Positions 51,104 to 60,483 of a stretch of DNA of 64,000 bases are shown in pieces. Each line of letters opens with the position of its first letter. Position 1 is the first letter of the stretch. Origin of the DNA: Cytophagales bacterium (lineage in GTDB: Bacteria > Bacteroidota > Bacteroidia > Cytophagales > Cyclobacteriaceae); contig JAAFHY010000003.1 of NCBI GenBank assembly GCA_013298505.1, forward strand, positions 35,733-99,732. The letters run 5' to 3'. The position numbers were made by a program, and so were the translations under genes. The notes beneath the pieces are model-generated. The model was not told the origin of the DNA. It was given only the letters and a program-made list of their open reading frames with translations, and did not search any database.

Positions 51104-51925
51104 ATGGCAAAGAAAAAAGGAGGATTTGTAGACTTACTATTCACAACCATAATGCCCAAGGTATATGGTATTGGAGCAGCGGTTGTTATTGTTGGTGCAC
51201 TTTTTAAAATTCAACACTGGGAAGGAGCGAACGAAATGTTGATTTTAGGACTTGGTACCGAAGCAATCATTTTCTTTCTAAGTTCTTTTGAGCCCAAGCA
51301 TGCGGAAGCAGATTGGTCAAAGGTATACCCTGAGTTAGCTGAAGACTATGAAGGACCTGTTAGCCAAACAGCATCGAGAATTAGCAACAGACCTTCGGGT
51401 GAATCTCCTTTATTGAAGATTGATGAAATGTTGAAAACCGCTAAGGTAGATCAAAACTTGCTTGATAACCTCGGTAAAGGGTTGACAAACTTAGCTACAT
51501 CAGCTTCTCAAATGAGCAGCCTATCTAATGCAGCGGTTGCAACCAATGATTACGCAAAGAATGTTCAAGCAGCTTCTGCATCATTAACTGAAATGAATAA
51601 GTCATATGGTTCAGCAATGAAAGCAGTAGGCGCAATGGCCGATGCTTCTAAAGATACCAGCGAATATCATAAGCAAGTTCAATCGGTTACTAAGAATTTG
51701 GCCGCCCTAAATACCATTTACGAAATGGAATTGAAAGATGCCGATTCACACGTTAAGAATATGAACAAGTTCTACGAAAGTTTAACTGGTGCTATGCAAG
51801 GTCTATCTAAAGTAGGCGACAACACAGCCAAGTTTACGTCAGAATTGGGTAGCTTAACAACAAATCTTACTGCTCTTAACAAAGTGTACGGCAGCATGCT
51901 TACTGCAATGAAGGGCAGTAATTAA
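51104..51925 (+). CDS. gldL: Gliding motility / T9SS motor protein GldL
   Basis: YGIGAAVVIVGALFKIQHW, GLGTEAIIFFLSSFEP, WSKVYPEL, LNKVYGSMLTAM. Confidence 0.96.
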   Translation: MAKKKGGFVDLLFTTIMPKVYGIGAAVVIVGALFKIQHWEGANEMLILGLGTEAIIFFLSSFEPKHAEADWSKVYPELAEDYEGPVSQTASRISNRPSGESPLLKIDEMLKTAKVDQNLLDNLGKGLTNLATSASQMSSLSNAAVATNDYAKNVQAASASLTEMNKSYGSAMKAVGAMADASKDTSEYHKQVQSVTKNLAALNTIYEMELKDADSHVKNMNKFYESLTGAMQGLSKVGDNTAKFTSELGSLTTNLTALNKVYGSMLTAMKGSN

Positions 51926-51981
51926 TCGAGATTATAAATTAAAGTGTAGGATCATATTCTAACAATTTAAACTAATTAAAC

Positions 51982-53577
51982 ATGGCAGGTGGTAAGGAAA
52001 CACCCAGGCAAAAGATGATCGGTATGATGTACATGGTGTTAACAGCCCTTTTGGCTCTTAACGTTAGTAGTGCAGTACTCGAGAAATTTGCCATCATTGA
52101 CGAAACGCTTGTTGCACTTGTTAAAGATAGCGGAGAGTCGAATGATCAGATTTTAAAATCAATCGAAGGATCAAATGTAAGCAGTCCTGAAGTTGAGGAG
52201 GCAAAGACGAAGGCTAAGAAAGTTAGAGATCTTACCAAGGCAACTCTAACCTATATGGACGATATAAAGAAGAAGATGTCTACTGATAAGGAAGGACTTC
52301 CTCTTAAAGATGTTGTTCAAGATACCCATCATGCAGACGAAATGATGCTGAATGATAAGGACGGCCCAAGTATGGCAGTTGGATATGAGAAGGCTTTAAA
52401 CAAGCATGTAGCGGATTTAAATGCGATCATGAAATCTAAAAAGCCTTTTGAGGATATTACTAAAACAGCTGGTCAATATGAGAGTTTTAAGGATGCCAAA
52501 GAGGAATTGAAGAAGCAAGAGTATCCTATTTTTGCATTCCACGGTACTCCTACAATGGGTGCAATAGCTTATGTTAGTCAAATGCAGACAGAAATCTTAG
52601 AGTATGAAAGAGCTGCATTAAGTGAATTGTTAGCAGTAACTAAGGGTAAAGTTTATGAGGTAGATCAGTTGGTTCCTATGGTTAGGGCTCAATCAAACAG
52701 CTTGGTTGCAGGGGCGAGTTATGAAGGAGACCTCTTTTTAGCGGGTGCTGCTTCAGGTGGAGCTGATCCTGATATGTTTAAAGGAAATGAAAAGATGAAA
52801 CTTCAAGAAGTTGAAGTCTCTCCAGGTGTAAAGATTAAAATGGCAAGAATAAAGTTTACCGCCAGTGCTTCTAGTTATAATAAGGATGGTATTGCGGAAA
52901 TGTCATATCCCGTTAAAATTGTTATCCCAGGTCGTGATCCAATAATGCAGACTATCAAATACAATGTCATTCGGCCTGTTGCAAAATTTGAGTCGGAAGG
53001 TGCAAGCACACTTTATTTAGACTGTGGAAACGAAGTTTCTGTGAGCGTTCAGGGATTGCAAGAATCTTCTAGCATTGGTTTGAGTGTTCCTGCTGATCAA
53101 GGCAAGGTAATACAACAAGGATCAGGTAAGTTCGTTCTAATTCCAACTCGTCCGCAAATGGATGTGAGAGTAACCGTGGGCGGGGTACAAATTGACGTAA
53201 AACAATTTAAAGCGAAAGAAGTGCCAAAGCCATCTGCTAAGTTAATGGTTGGAAATGGGGATTATGACGTTAAAAAAGGTATACCTCCTGGAACTTCGAT
53301 TGTAAAATTTATACCTGATATTACTGACGATACGTTTAAGCGTCAAAATGCGAAAGACGCTAGTTATCGTATTGTTAGCATGACACTTCAAATTACTGGA
53401 AAGACACCGATAACATTAACTTCAGGAACAATCGAACTGACCAAGTACGGTCTAAGGGCTGGTGATAGTTTCTCTATCTACAATGTTCAAGTTCAGCGTT
53501 CGACTTGGGATCCAAGTGATGCGGATAACAAACCTGTTAATGCAAAATTAGAGGGCTCGTATATAATGGGCAGATAA
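51982..53577 (+). CDS. gldM: Gliding motility / T9SS protein GldM
   Basis: MAGGKETPRQKMIGMMYMVLTALLALNVS. Confidence 0.96.
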   Translation: MAGGKETPRQKMIGMMYMVLTALLALNVSSAVLEKFAIIDETLVALVKDSGESNDQILKSIEGSNVSSPEVEEAKTKAKKVRDLTKATLTYMDDIKKKMSTDKEGLPLKDVVQDTHHADEMMLNDKDGPSMAVGYEKALNKHVADLNAIMKSKKPFEDITKTAGQYESFKDAKEELKKQEYPIFAFHGTPTMGAIAYVSQMQTEILEYERAALSELLAVTKGKVYEVDQLVPMVRAQSNSLVAGASYEGDLFLAGAASGGADPDMFKGNEKMKLQEVEVSPGVKIKMARIKFTASASSYNKDGIAEMSYPVKIVIPGRDPIMQTIKYNVIRPVAKFESEGASTLYLDCGNEVSVSVQGLQESSSIGLSVPADQGKVIQQGSGKFVLIPTRPQMDVRVTVGGVQIDVKQFKAKEVPKPSAKLMVGNGDYDVKKGIPPGTSIVKFIPDITDDTFKRQNAKDASYRIVSMTLQITGKTPITLTSGTIELTKYGLRAGDSFSIYNVQVQRSTWDPSDADNKPVNAKLEGSYIMGR

Positions 53578-53581
53578 GAAT

Positions 53582-54481
53582 ATGAAAATGAGGATATCGA
53601 TTATAGTTTTTTTGTTGGTTGGCTTATTCACCAATGCGTTCTCACAACGAGACACCATTGTCAATCCTAATTCGATTGAGAAAATTCCTTTTTATGAGCA
53701 ACTTTATCGCTTCAGGGTATGGAGAAATGTTAACCTCCAAGAGAAGCAAAATGCTGCATTCAAATCTGCTAAATCGGATATTGGAGCATTTATTATTAAG
53801 TGCATTAAGAACGGAAGTTTAATTGCGTATGATGGAGATTCTGTAAAAGCTCCAAAAACACCTGACCAGGTCTTGGTTTTGAACTCCGCAGTTCAGTCTC
53901 CTCCTTACGATGCAAAGAAGAACTATGTAGCTAGTGAAGAAGCTTATTTTGAAGGTAAAAATTATTTGTCATCAAGAAATGATAACATAGGTCACTTACC
54001 AACGGATAATCAATGGTGGGAGCTATCAAGTAATCAAACTGACTTTCTTCTTCCTGCGCAAGTTAAAGAACTCCAGATTGTAGAGGATTTGATCTTTGAT
54101 AAAAGAAGGTCGCGGTTGTACTACGATATTCTCTATGTAGGTATTATAGTAGAGAAAGACGGTAATTATAATCCACAAGGCTATGTGTACTATAAAGATC
54201 TTGTAAAGTTAATCGAAAAAGCAGCTCACAGTAAGGATCTTGATGAACGTGACAAAGTTCAGTGGAGAAATCGTTACAATCCTTCAGAGAATAAAACTTT
54301 TGTGGACGCCTTTAAACTTCGTTTATTCCACGGTGTTATTGAAAAGGTAGAGAACCCTGATGATCGTACTATCCAAAACATCTACGAGTTGAACGGAAGA
54401 ACCATTGGTGAGTCTGTTTTTGCTAGATGGGAAGAAGAAATGAAGATGATGGAGAAGGAACATAACCTTTGGGAATATTAA
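53582..54481 (+). CDS. gldN: Gliding motility protein GldN, with an inserted CBM-like module
   Basis: RFRVWRNVNL, EDLIFDKRRSRLYYDI, MEKEHNLWEY; last gene of gldKLMN. Confidence 0.93.
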   Translation: MKMRISIIVFLLVGLFTNAFSQRDTIVNPNSIEKIPFYEQLYRFRVWRNVNLQEKQNAAFKSAKSDIGAFIIKCIKNGSLIAYDGDSVKAPKTPDQVLVLNSAVQSPPYDAKKNYVASEEAYFEGKNYLSSRNDNIGHLPTDNQWWELSSNQTDFLLPAQVKELQIVEDLIFDKRRSRLYYDILYVGIIVEKDGNYNPQGYVYYKDLVKLIEKAAHSKDLDERDKVQWRNRYNPSENKTFVDAFKLRLFHGVIEKVENPDDRTIQNIYELNGRTIGESVFARWEEEMKMMEKEHNLWEY

Positions 54482-54499
54482 TCTTATAGAATTTTGTTT

Positions 54500-54532
54500 A
54501 AAGGCTTCCTGATTTATCAGGAAGCCTTTTTT
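54500..54532 (+). terminator. Intrinsic terminator of the gld operon
   Basis: 14-bp stem aaaggcttcctgat/atcaggaagccttt followed by a T-run. Confidence 0.9.
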
Positions 54533-54544
54533 ATTTTGTAAACT

Positions 54545-55027
54545 ATGTTACAGATCAGGGCTGGTGTTAAAGAAGATTTGCCTCGTGTGCTAGAGTTAGT
54601 GCGCGAATTAGCTGAGTACGAAAATGCTCTAGGTGAGGTTTCTAATACAATTGAGAGGATGACGAATGATGGATTTGGCGATAAGCCAGTCTACGGTTTC
54701 TTTGTGGCAGAAATTGATGGGCGCATTTTGGGGATTTCAATCTACTATTATCGGTATTCAACGTGGAAGGGAAAGCGACTTTACTTAGAAGATATAGTGG
54801 TTACGCAAAGTGAGCGCGGTGCCGGAATTGGGAAGGCATTATTTGAACGAACTATGCAATTTTCGTTAGATGAAAGCTGCACGGGAATGATGTGGCAAGT
54901 ATTAGATTGGAATGAACCAGCAATCAATTTTTATAAAAAGTACAATGCTAAGTTGGATTCTGAATGGATTAATTGTCACTTAGACGAAACTCAGATAAGG
55001 AGTCTTCTTGAATCGAAGTCAGGTTAG
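54545..55027 (+). CDS. GNAT acetyltransferase (spermidine/spermine N-acetyltransferase-like)
   Basis: YSTWKGKRLYLEDIVV, WQVLDWNEPAINFY. Confidence 0.88.
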   Translation: MLQIRAGVKEDLPRVLELVRELAEYENALGEVSNTIERMTNDGFGDKPVYGFFVAEIDGRILGISIYYYRYSTWKGKRLYLEDIVVTQSERGAGIGKALFERTMQFSLDESCTGMMWQVLDWNEPAINFYKKYNAKLDSEWINCHLDETQIRSLLESKSG

Positions 55028-55326
55028 ATTTCCTCAAGGAGGGTGTTGAACACCACGTGCCTGTCTTTGAATTTCTGCCGATGCTCGTCAATAATGGTGT
55101 GAGTGTGCTTATCTAAGTATTCTACAATTTTTTCAATCTTATCTGAAAATAGCTGAATGCAATAAGAGACAGAACCTTCATCTTCTTGCGATACGACTTT
55201 GTATAATTTCGATTCTAGGAAAAAGCCTGTGTCCATGATCTTTGGAATATGTTGTTCCTTAATCCATTTGATCCATTCTAATTCAATCTCTTTATCAATC
55301 CCGATGGTAACATTGTATAAAAACAT
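55024..55326 (-). CDS. DUF4286 family protein
   Basis: MFLYNVTI, WIKEQHIP, YCIQ motifs. Confidence 0.75.
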   Translation of the reverse strand: MFLYNVTIGIDKEIELEWIKWIKEQHIPKIMDTGFFLESKLYKVVSQEDEGSVSYCIQLFSDKIEKIVEYLDKHTHTIIDEHRQKFKDRHVVFNTLLEEI

Positions 55327-55328
55327 GG

Positions 55329-56543
55329 CTATGCTTGATTGATATAGTCTTCTAAATAGCTAAATGTGGGAGTCAGCATTCCTTTCTCGGCCATTGTAGC
55401 GCGTTCAATAATCTCATCAACATCTTCAACGAGTAGGGGTTTTAGTATGCGATCAATTAGATCTCTACCAAACTCTTCTGAGGCGCTTCGTGGCAACTCG
55501 CAAGGCAAATTATCAACAGCCATAACAGTAATGTTTTGTTCGTTAGAGAAACGGGGCTCTATCGAATCGGTAGTGGGTTGGTAATCATACAGTGGATCAA
55601 CAATTGTGCTAGCTCTTTTTGTGCTGGGTATCGAGCCGTTTATATCGCAGGTAATATCAGCTATTAGTTTTATCTTGAATGCATTACTAAGCATATCTTC
55701 TTTTGTAAATAGCTTTGGTGCACTCGGATTCCAAAAGGCTCCAGCCAGCAACATATCAGCTTCTTTGGCAAACGGAAGAAAGTTGGATTCGTACAATTCA
55801 GGATGATTGTGAAACTCGTCACGATTAAAATGCCCACCTGTTTTTCGGTTATGATAATCGGCACTGCTAAGTTGTGTGTAAACAGGCTCGGTAAAATATT
55901 GTGAGAGAAAATCGCTAGGGTTCACTTTGCGAATCCCAGCGGTGTCTAATGTTTCCATTGCTCCTTTTCCCACTCTGCCTGCTCCGGTCAACACGATTTT
56001 TATTGGCTTTAAGTTTACCTTCCTTAATTCTAGTTTTAGGTCATTTACATCAAAGCACTCGTTGGCTCTTCGCAGCTCAAAAATATTGTGGCGTTTTCCG
56101 TATGCCCACAATCCGTTATAAGCCCCCACAATTCCTGCGTATCGGCCAAACGCTACGAGGCGATTACCTTGGTGATCTTTGAGCGTTTCGTAATCGATAA
56201 GTTGAATCTTCTTCTTGATTACTTCTTGCAGCAAGCTGCGATTATAAGGTTGCTTTTTTAGCGTGTGCGAAAAGAATAGATAGGTTTTGTTCGCTAACAG
56301 ATTGGCAATAGGAACTTCTTTGATGCCCATCAGAATATCGCATTGACTAATATCTTCCGCTATTTCAATTCCCAACTCTTGGTATTCGTTGTCTTTAAAG
56401 CACCTCACTGAACTGGGTTGCAAAATAATTTTTACATGAGTAAAGCGTTGCTGAATTTCTTCTGCTTGTAGTGGCGTAAAAGCAACTCGCTTATCGGGTG
56501 GGGTCTTGCCTTCTCGGATGAGACCTAATTTAATTTTTTGCAC
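55329..56543 (-). CDS. Saccharopine dehydrogenase-like oxidoreductase (AlaDh/PNT family)
   Basis: GLIREGKTPPDKRV, FFSHTLKKQPYN, AFGRYAGIVGAYN, ADITCD, MAVDNLPCELPRSASEEFG. Confidence 0.85.
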   Translation of the reverse strand: MQKIKLGLIREGKTPPDKRVAFTPLQAEEIQQRFTHVKIILQPSSVRCFKDNEYQELGIEIAEDISQCDILMGIKEVPIANLLANKTYLFFSHTLKKQPYNRSLLQEVIKKKIQLIDYETLKDHQGNRLVAFGRYAGIVGAYNGLWAYGKRHNIFELRRANECFDVNDLKLELRKVNLKPIKIVLTGAGRVGKGAMETLDTAGIRKVNPSDFLSQYFTEPVYTQLSSADYHNRKTGGHFNRDEFHNHPELYESNFLPFAKEADMLLAGAFWNPSAPKLFTKEDMLSNAFKIKLIADITCDINGSIPSTKRASTIVDPLYDYQPTTDSIEPRFSNEQNITVMAVDNLPCELPRSASEEFGRDLIDRILKPLLVEDVDEIIERATMAEKGMLTPTFSYLEDYINQA

Positions 56544-56558
56544 AGAGTAATGAATTAG

Positions 56559-57329
56559 CTATTCAAATAGATTTCCTAAAAGTGAGACTCCCTCTTTGGT
56601 GCTATTGTTTCCGTAAGGAGCAAGAGCCTGAATCAATTTACGAATCGGCATCGATTGTAGCCATACTTTTCCTGACCCGCGGAGTGTTGCTAAAAATATG
56701 CCTTCGCCACCAAACACCATCGATTTTAGACTACCCGATCTTTCTACATCAAAATCTATTTGAGATTCAAACGCTACTACGCAGCCAGTGTCTACACGAA
56801 GCGTTTCATTTGTTAACGTCCTTTCAATTACTGTGCCGCCCGCGTGTACAAATGCCAACCCATCGCCTTGCAGTTTCTGAAGAATAAAACCCTCTCCACC
56901 TACTAGCCCCGCACCAATTTTACGATTGAAAACGATGGAGAGCTTTGTTCCGTAGGCAGCACATAAGAATCCATCTTTTTGCACGATCAATTCATGCCCA
57001 GGGCTTTTAGCTAAATCTACTGGTATTACGGTACCTGGATAGGGTGCAGAGAATGCTACTTTAGCCTTTTTGTTTCCTCGGTTGGTGAAGTGTGTCATAA
57101 ACAACGATTCGCCAGTAAGCAAACGGCTGCCTGCCGAAAGTAGCTTATCAAACAAACCCGCATGAGGATTGGAGCCATCGCCCATTTTTGTTTCGAACAG
57201 AATGCCCTCTTCCATAAAAAGCATAGCGCCTGCTTCTGCGATTACGGTTTCGAGAGGATCTAGCTCTACTTCTACGATCTGTATACTTTCTCCTTTTATT
57301 TGATAGTCGATTACGTGCGATGTTGGCAT
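56559..57329 (-). CDS. TIGR00266/AIM24 family protein
   Basis: [35 protein letters not shown]. Confidence 0.9.
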   Translation of the reverse strand: MPTSHVIDYQIKGESIQIVEVELDPLETVIAEAGAMLFMEEGILFETKMGDGSNPHAGLFDKLLSAGSRLLTGESLFMTHFTNRGNKKAKVAFSAPYPGTVIPVDLAKSPGHELIVQKDGFLCAAYGTKLSIVFNRKIGAGLVGGEGFILQKLQGDGLAFVHAGGTVIERTLTNETLRVDTGCVVAFESQIDFDVERSGSLKSMVFGGEGIFLATLRGSGKVWLQSMPIRKLIQALAPYGNNSTKEGVSLLGNLFE

Positions 57330-57332
57330 ATC

Positions 57333-57548
57333 TTATTTTTTCTTTTTTAATTTTCTTAACCGTTCGGTTTCTTCTTTCTCTAGTAGTTTTTTGTCATCTA
57401 CATTTTTATCGAGAAAGGAATTTATTTTTTCAATATTCATACTTGTTTTCAATTCGCCAAATTGGTCGATTGAAACTTCAAACCCCGATAGTTCTTTATG
57501 AACCCTTGGTTTGCCTTGTTTTTTACTTGGGGTATCTTTTTTTGCCAT
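57333..57548 (-). CDS. Small conserved hypothetical protein
   Basis: ATG overlaps the gltX stop (TAATG); PRVHKELSGFEVSIDQFGE. Confidence 0.7.
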   Translation of the reverse strand: MAKKDTPSKKQGKPRVHKELSGFEVSIDQFGELKTSMNIEKINSFLDKNVDDKKLLEKEETERLRKLKKKK

Positions 57549-59086
57549 TAGTGCGTAACTGGTATTTTTAATGTTGCTAGCGCGAAGGTAATTCTCTTGG
57601 CTGTTTCTTCGGCTCCTAAAAGTTCGATTGTTACCATCAAGTCTGGCCCTGACGCGCCTCCGGTAAGACACATTCGCAATGCTTGAAGAATTTGTCCGAG
57701 TTTGATATTCAACCTTGTAGCAATTGTTTCTAATAGAACTTTAGCAGATTCTGCGGATAAGCTCGATTGCAATTTTAGTTCTTCTTTAAAAGTTGTTAGA
57801 ACCGCTACAGCATCCGCATTCCATTTTTTTAAAACGATTTGCTGATCAAACGAAAGTGGTGCATTGAAAAACAACTGACTTTGCTCGAATAATTGGTGCG
57901 GAAATGTGATTCGTTCTCGTAATGCCCAGCAAATCTTTTCTGCCTTTTGTATCGGGCACTGGATATTTTTTTCTTTTAGATCGGCCAATAAATACTCAGC
58001 TAATTCGCGATCGGATTTTCCCCTTAAATAGTATTGATTAAACCACTGTGCTTTCTGTATATCAAATTTTGCCCCTGCTTTTCCGATCCGGTCAATCGTA
58101 AATGCATCGATTAGTTGTTGCATCGAAAAAATTTCTTGTTCGGTTCCGGGATTCCATCCCAAGAAGGCAAGAAAATTGATCATTGCCTCTGGCAGATAAC
58201 CACTTTCTTTAAATCCTGTTGCCAATTCTTTCGTTGCCGGATCTATCCAATTAAGTGGAAAAATGGGGAATCCCATTCGGTCGGCATCGCGCTTGCTTAG
58301 TTTTCCGTTGCCATCGGGTTTTAGCAACAAAGGCAAGTGAGCAAACTGGGGCATCTCATTTGCCCATCCGAGGTATTGATAAAGCAACACATGCAAAGGC
58401 GCAGAAGGCAGCCACTCTTCGCCTCGAATGACGTGCGAGATTTTCATTAAGTAATCATCTACCACATTGGCCAAATGGTAGGTAGGCATTCCATCCGATT
58501 TCATTAATACCTTATCATCAATCTGTGAAGAGTTGACATTCACCTCGCCACGTATCAAATCGGCTAAACGAATTTCTTGATTAACTGGAACCAAGAGCCT
58601 GATTACATATGATTCGCCATTGTCAAGTCGTTGCTTTACATTTTCTTTGGGTAGCGTTAACGAATTTTTCATTTGCATACGCGAACCACTTCCATATTGT
58701 TGGTTTGAATCGCCTTGCGCTTTTAGCCTTTCGCGCATCGCCTCAATTTCTGGCTCGGTATCAAATGCATAATAGGCAAAGCCATCGTCTACTAATCTCT
58801 GCGCATACTGCCGATAGATCGGTTTCCTTTCAGATTGTCGGTACGGAGCGTGTGGGCCACCTTTGCCTACGCCTTCATCTATTTGTATTCCTGCCCATGC
58901 TAAAGATGCAAGGATGTATTCTTCAGCACCTGGCACATAGCGGGTTTGGTCGGTATCTTCAATTCGCAAGATCATCGTTCCATTAAACTTTCGAGCTAAA
59001 AGATAATTGTACAATGCAGTGCGCACTCCACCTATGTGAAGTGCTCCAGTAGGGCTAGGCGCAAAACGAACTCGAACTTCTTTCAT
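57548..59086 (-). CDS. gltX: Glutamate--tRNA ligase
   Basis: VRFAPSPTGALHIGG, LRIEDTD, KLSKR. Confidence 0.97.
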   Translation of the reverse strand: MKEVRVRFAPSPTGALHIGGVRTALYNYLLARKFNGTMILRIEDTDQTRYVPGAEEYILASLAWAGIQIDEGVGKGGPHAPYRQSERKPIYRQYAQRLVDDGFAYYAFDTEPEIEAMRERLKAQGDSNQQYGSGSRMQMKNSLTLPKENVKQRLDNGESYVIRLLVPVNQEIRLADLIRGEVNVNSSQIDDKVLMKSDGMPTYHLANVVDDYLMKISHVIRGEEWLPSAPLHVLLYQYLGWANEMPQFAHLPLLLKPDGNGKLSKRDADRMGFPIFPLNWIDPATKELATGFKESGYLPEAMINFLAFLGWNPGTEQEIFSMQQLIDAFTIDRIGKAGAKFDIQKAQWFNQYYLRGKSDRELAEYLLADLKEKNIQCPIQKAEKICWALRERITFPHQLFEQSQLFFNAPLSFDQQIVLKKWNADAVAVLTTFKEELKLQSSLSAESAKVLLETIATRLNIKLGQILQALRMCLTGGASGPDLMVTIELLGAEETAKRITFALATLKIPVTH

Positions 59087-59227
59087 TAATAAGTGTATGA
59101 GGGTCAAATTTACACCAAATTTTTAGGATGTATTTTCGTGTTTGTATCTTATTATTGAGATTTAGCTTTTGGACTGATAACCAATCAGCAAGTTTCTATT
59201 CTTCATGGACTTATTAACAATACTTTT

Positions 59228-60019
59228 ATGGTTACTATTCTAGGAATTCCTTTCGATGCCAACTCGTCTTTTCTGCAAGGGGGTGCACAAGCTCCTGCCA
59301 GAATACGGTTAATGGAAGCAGAAGGCTCGGCCAATTTATTTTCTGAGTTAGGTAACGAAATTAAAAATGGAGTTGCTTACCAAGACAGGGGTGATCTGTT
59401 TTTTGAGACGACAGACTCGACCAAGGCCTTTTCAATAATCAAGGATGCTATTGCGAAAGAATTAAAAACATCGACTAAGATTTTATCGCTTGGAGGAGAT
59501 CATTCCATTTCTTATCCGATCATTGATGCCTTTACGGAAAAGTATGAAAACCTAAATGTATTGCACATTGATGCGCATGGCGATTTGTATGACAATTTTG
59601 ATGACAACCCCTATTCGCACGCATCGCCTTTTGCGCGGTTGATGGAAAAAGAAAAAGTGGGCTCGCTAACTCAAGTGGGCATTCGTTGCTCTACTGCGCA
59701 CTTGCGCGAGCAAGTGAAAAGATTCAATGTAAAGGTGGTGGAGATGAAGGATTTCAATTTTGATTTTATTCAGCACTTGAAAGAACCTCTTTACATTTCG
59801 TTGGATATTGATTCACTCGATCCTGCCTTTGCGCCTGGGGTCTCGCATCATGAACCTGGTGGTTTATCTACCCGTCAATTGATTGAGATCATCCATCAAA
59901 TACAAGTTTCGATAGTAGGTGCAGATATTGTTGAATACAATCCCGTTCGGGATATCCACGACATGACAGCTATGGTCTGCTATAAACTCATGAAAGAATT
60001 GATTCATAAAATGAATTAA
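59228..60019 (+). CDS. Agmatinase/arginase family ureohydrolase
   Basis: LGGDHS, HIDAHGD, SHASPF, SLDIDSLDP, DIVEYNP. Confidence 0.9.
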   Translation: MVTILGIPFDANSSFLQGGAQAPARIRLMEAEGSANLFSELGNEIKNGVAYQDRGDLFFETTDSTKAFSIIKDAIAKELKTSTKILSLGGDHSISYPIIDAFTEKYENLNVLHIDAHGDLYDNFDDNPYSHASPFARLMEKEKVGSLTQVGIRCSTAHLREQVKRFNVKVVEMKDFNFDFIQHLKEPLYISLDIDSLDPAFAPGVSHHEPGGLSTRQLIEIIHQIQVSIVGADIVEYNPVRDIHDMTAMVCYKLMKELIHKMN

Positions 60020-60054
60020 TTCCTTATCAAATATTTGTTTGATTTTTTGAAACC

Positions 60055-60076
60055 TTAATCGTAATATTACGATTAA
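60055..60076. promoter_or_regulatory. Putative ArsR operator 1
   Basis: Perfect 22-bp palindrome TTAATCGTAATATTACGATTAA 6 nt before the arsR ATG. Confidence 0.8.
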
Positions 60077-60082
60077 TAGCGC

Positions 60083-60409
60083 ATGGGACTTACCAAGACA
60101 GAAGAATTTACCAAAACACAAAACGAAGTGGCCAATTTGGCGAAAGCCTTGGGGCATCCGGCACGCATTGCCATTTTGCAATACTTGATTAAAACCAAGT
60201 CGTGTGTATGTGGTGACATTGTAGATGAGTTGCCATTATCTCAATCAACCGTGTCGCAACATTTGAGTGAATTGAAAAAAGCGGGTTGGATAACAGGAAA
60301 CATTGAAGGGCCGAGTGTGTGCTACTGCATTGATGAAAAATCGTGGAGCAAAGCAAAAAAGACTTTGATAGGATTACTTGAAAGCTACGAAGGCACCAAT
60401 TGTTGCTGA
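60083..60409 (+). CDS. arsR: ArsR family As(III)-responsive repressor
   Basis: KALGHPARIAIL, SCVCGDIV, LSQSTVSQHL, C-terminal CC. Confidence 0.9.
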   Translation: MGLTKTEEFTKTQNEVANLAKALGHPARIAILQYLIKTKSCVCGDIVDELPLSQSTVSQHLSELKKAGWITGNIEGPSVCYCIDEKSWSKAKKTLIGLLESYEGTNCC

Positions 60410-60430
60410 ACTATTTTTTTGACCTAATCC

Positions 60431-60446
60431 ATCGCAATATTACGAT
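60431..60446. promoter_or_regulatory. Putative ArsR operator 2
   Basis: ATCGCAATATTACGAT, one mismatch to the operator 1 core, upstream of arsM. Confidence 0.7.
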
Positions 60447-60483
60447 AAGCAAAAAGTAGATTACAAACTAAAAGACAAAAATT

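Noticed and set aside
60401-60421. TGT TGC TGA at the arsR end as possible selenocysteine readthrough
   Set aside because: Another TGA follows four codons later, no SECIS-like hairpin is evident, and a terminal CC is normal for ArsR.
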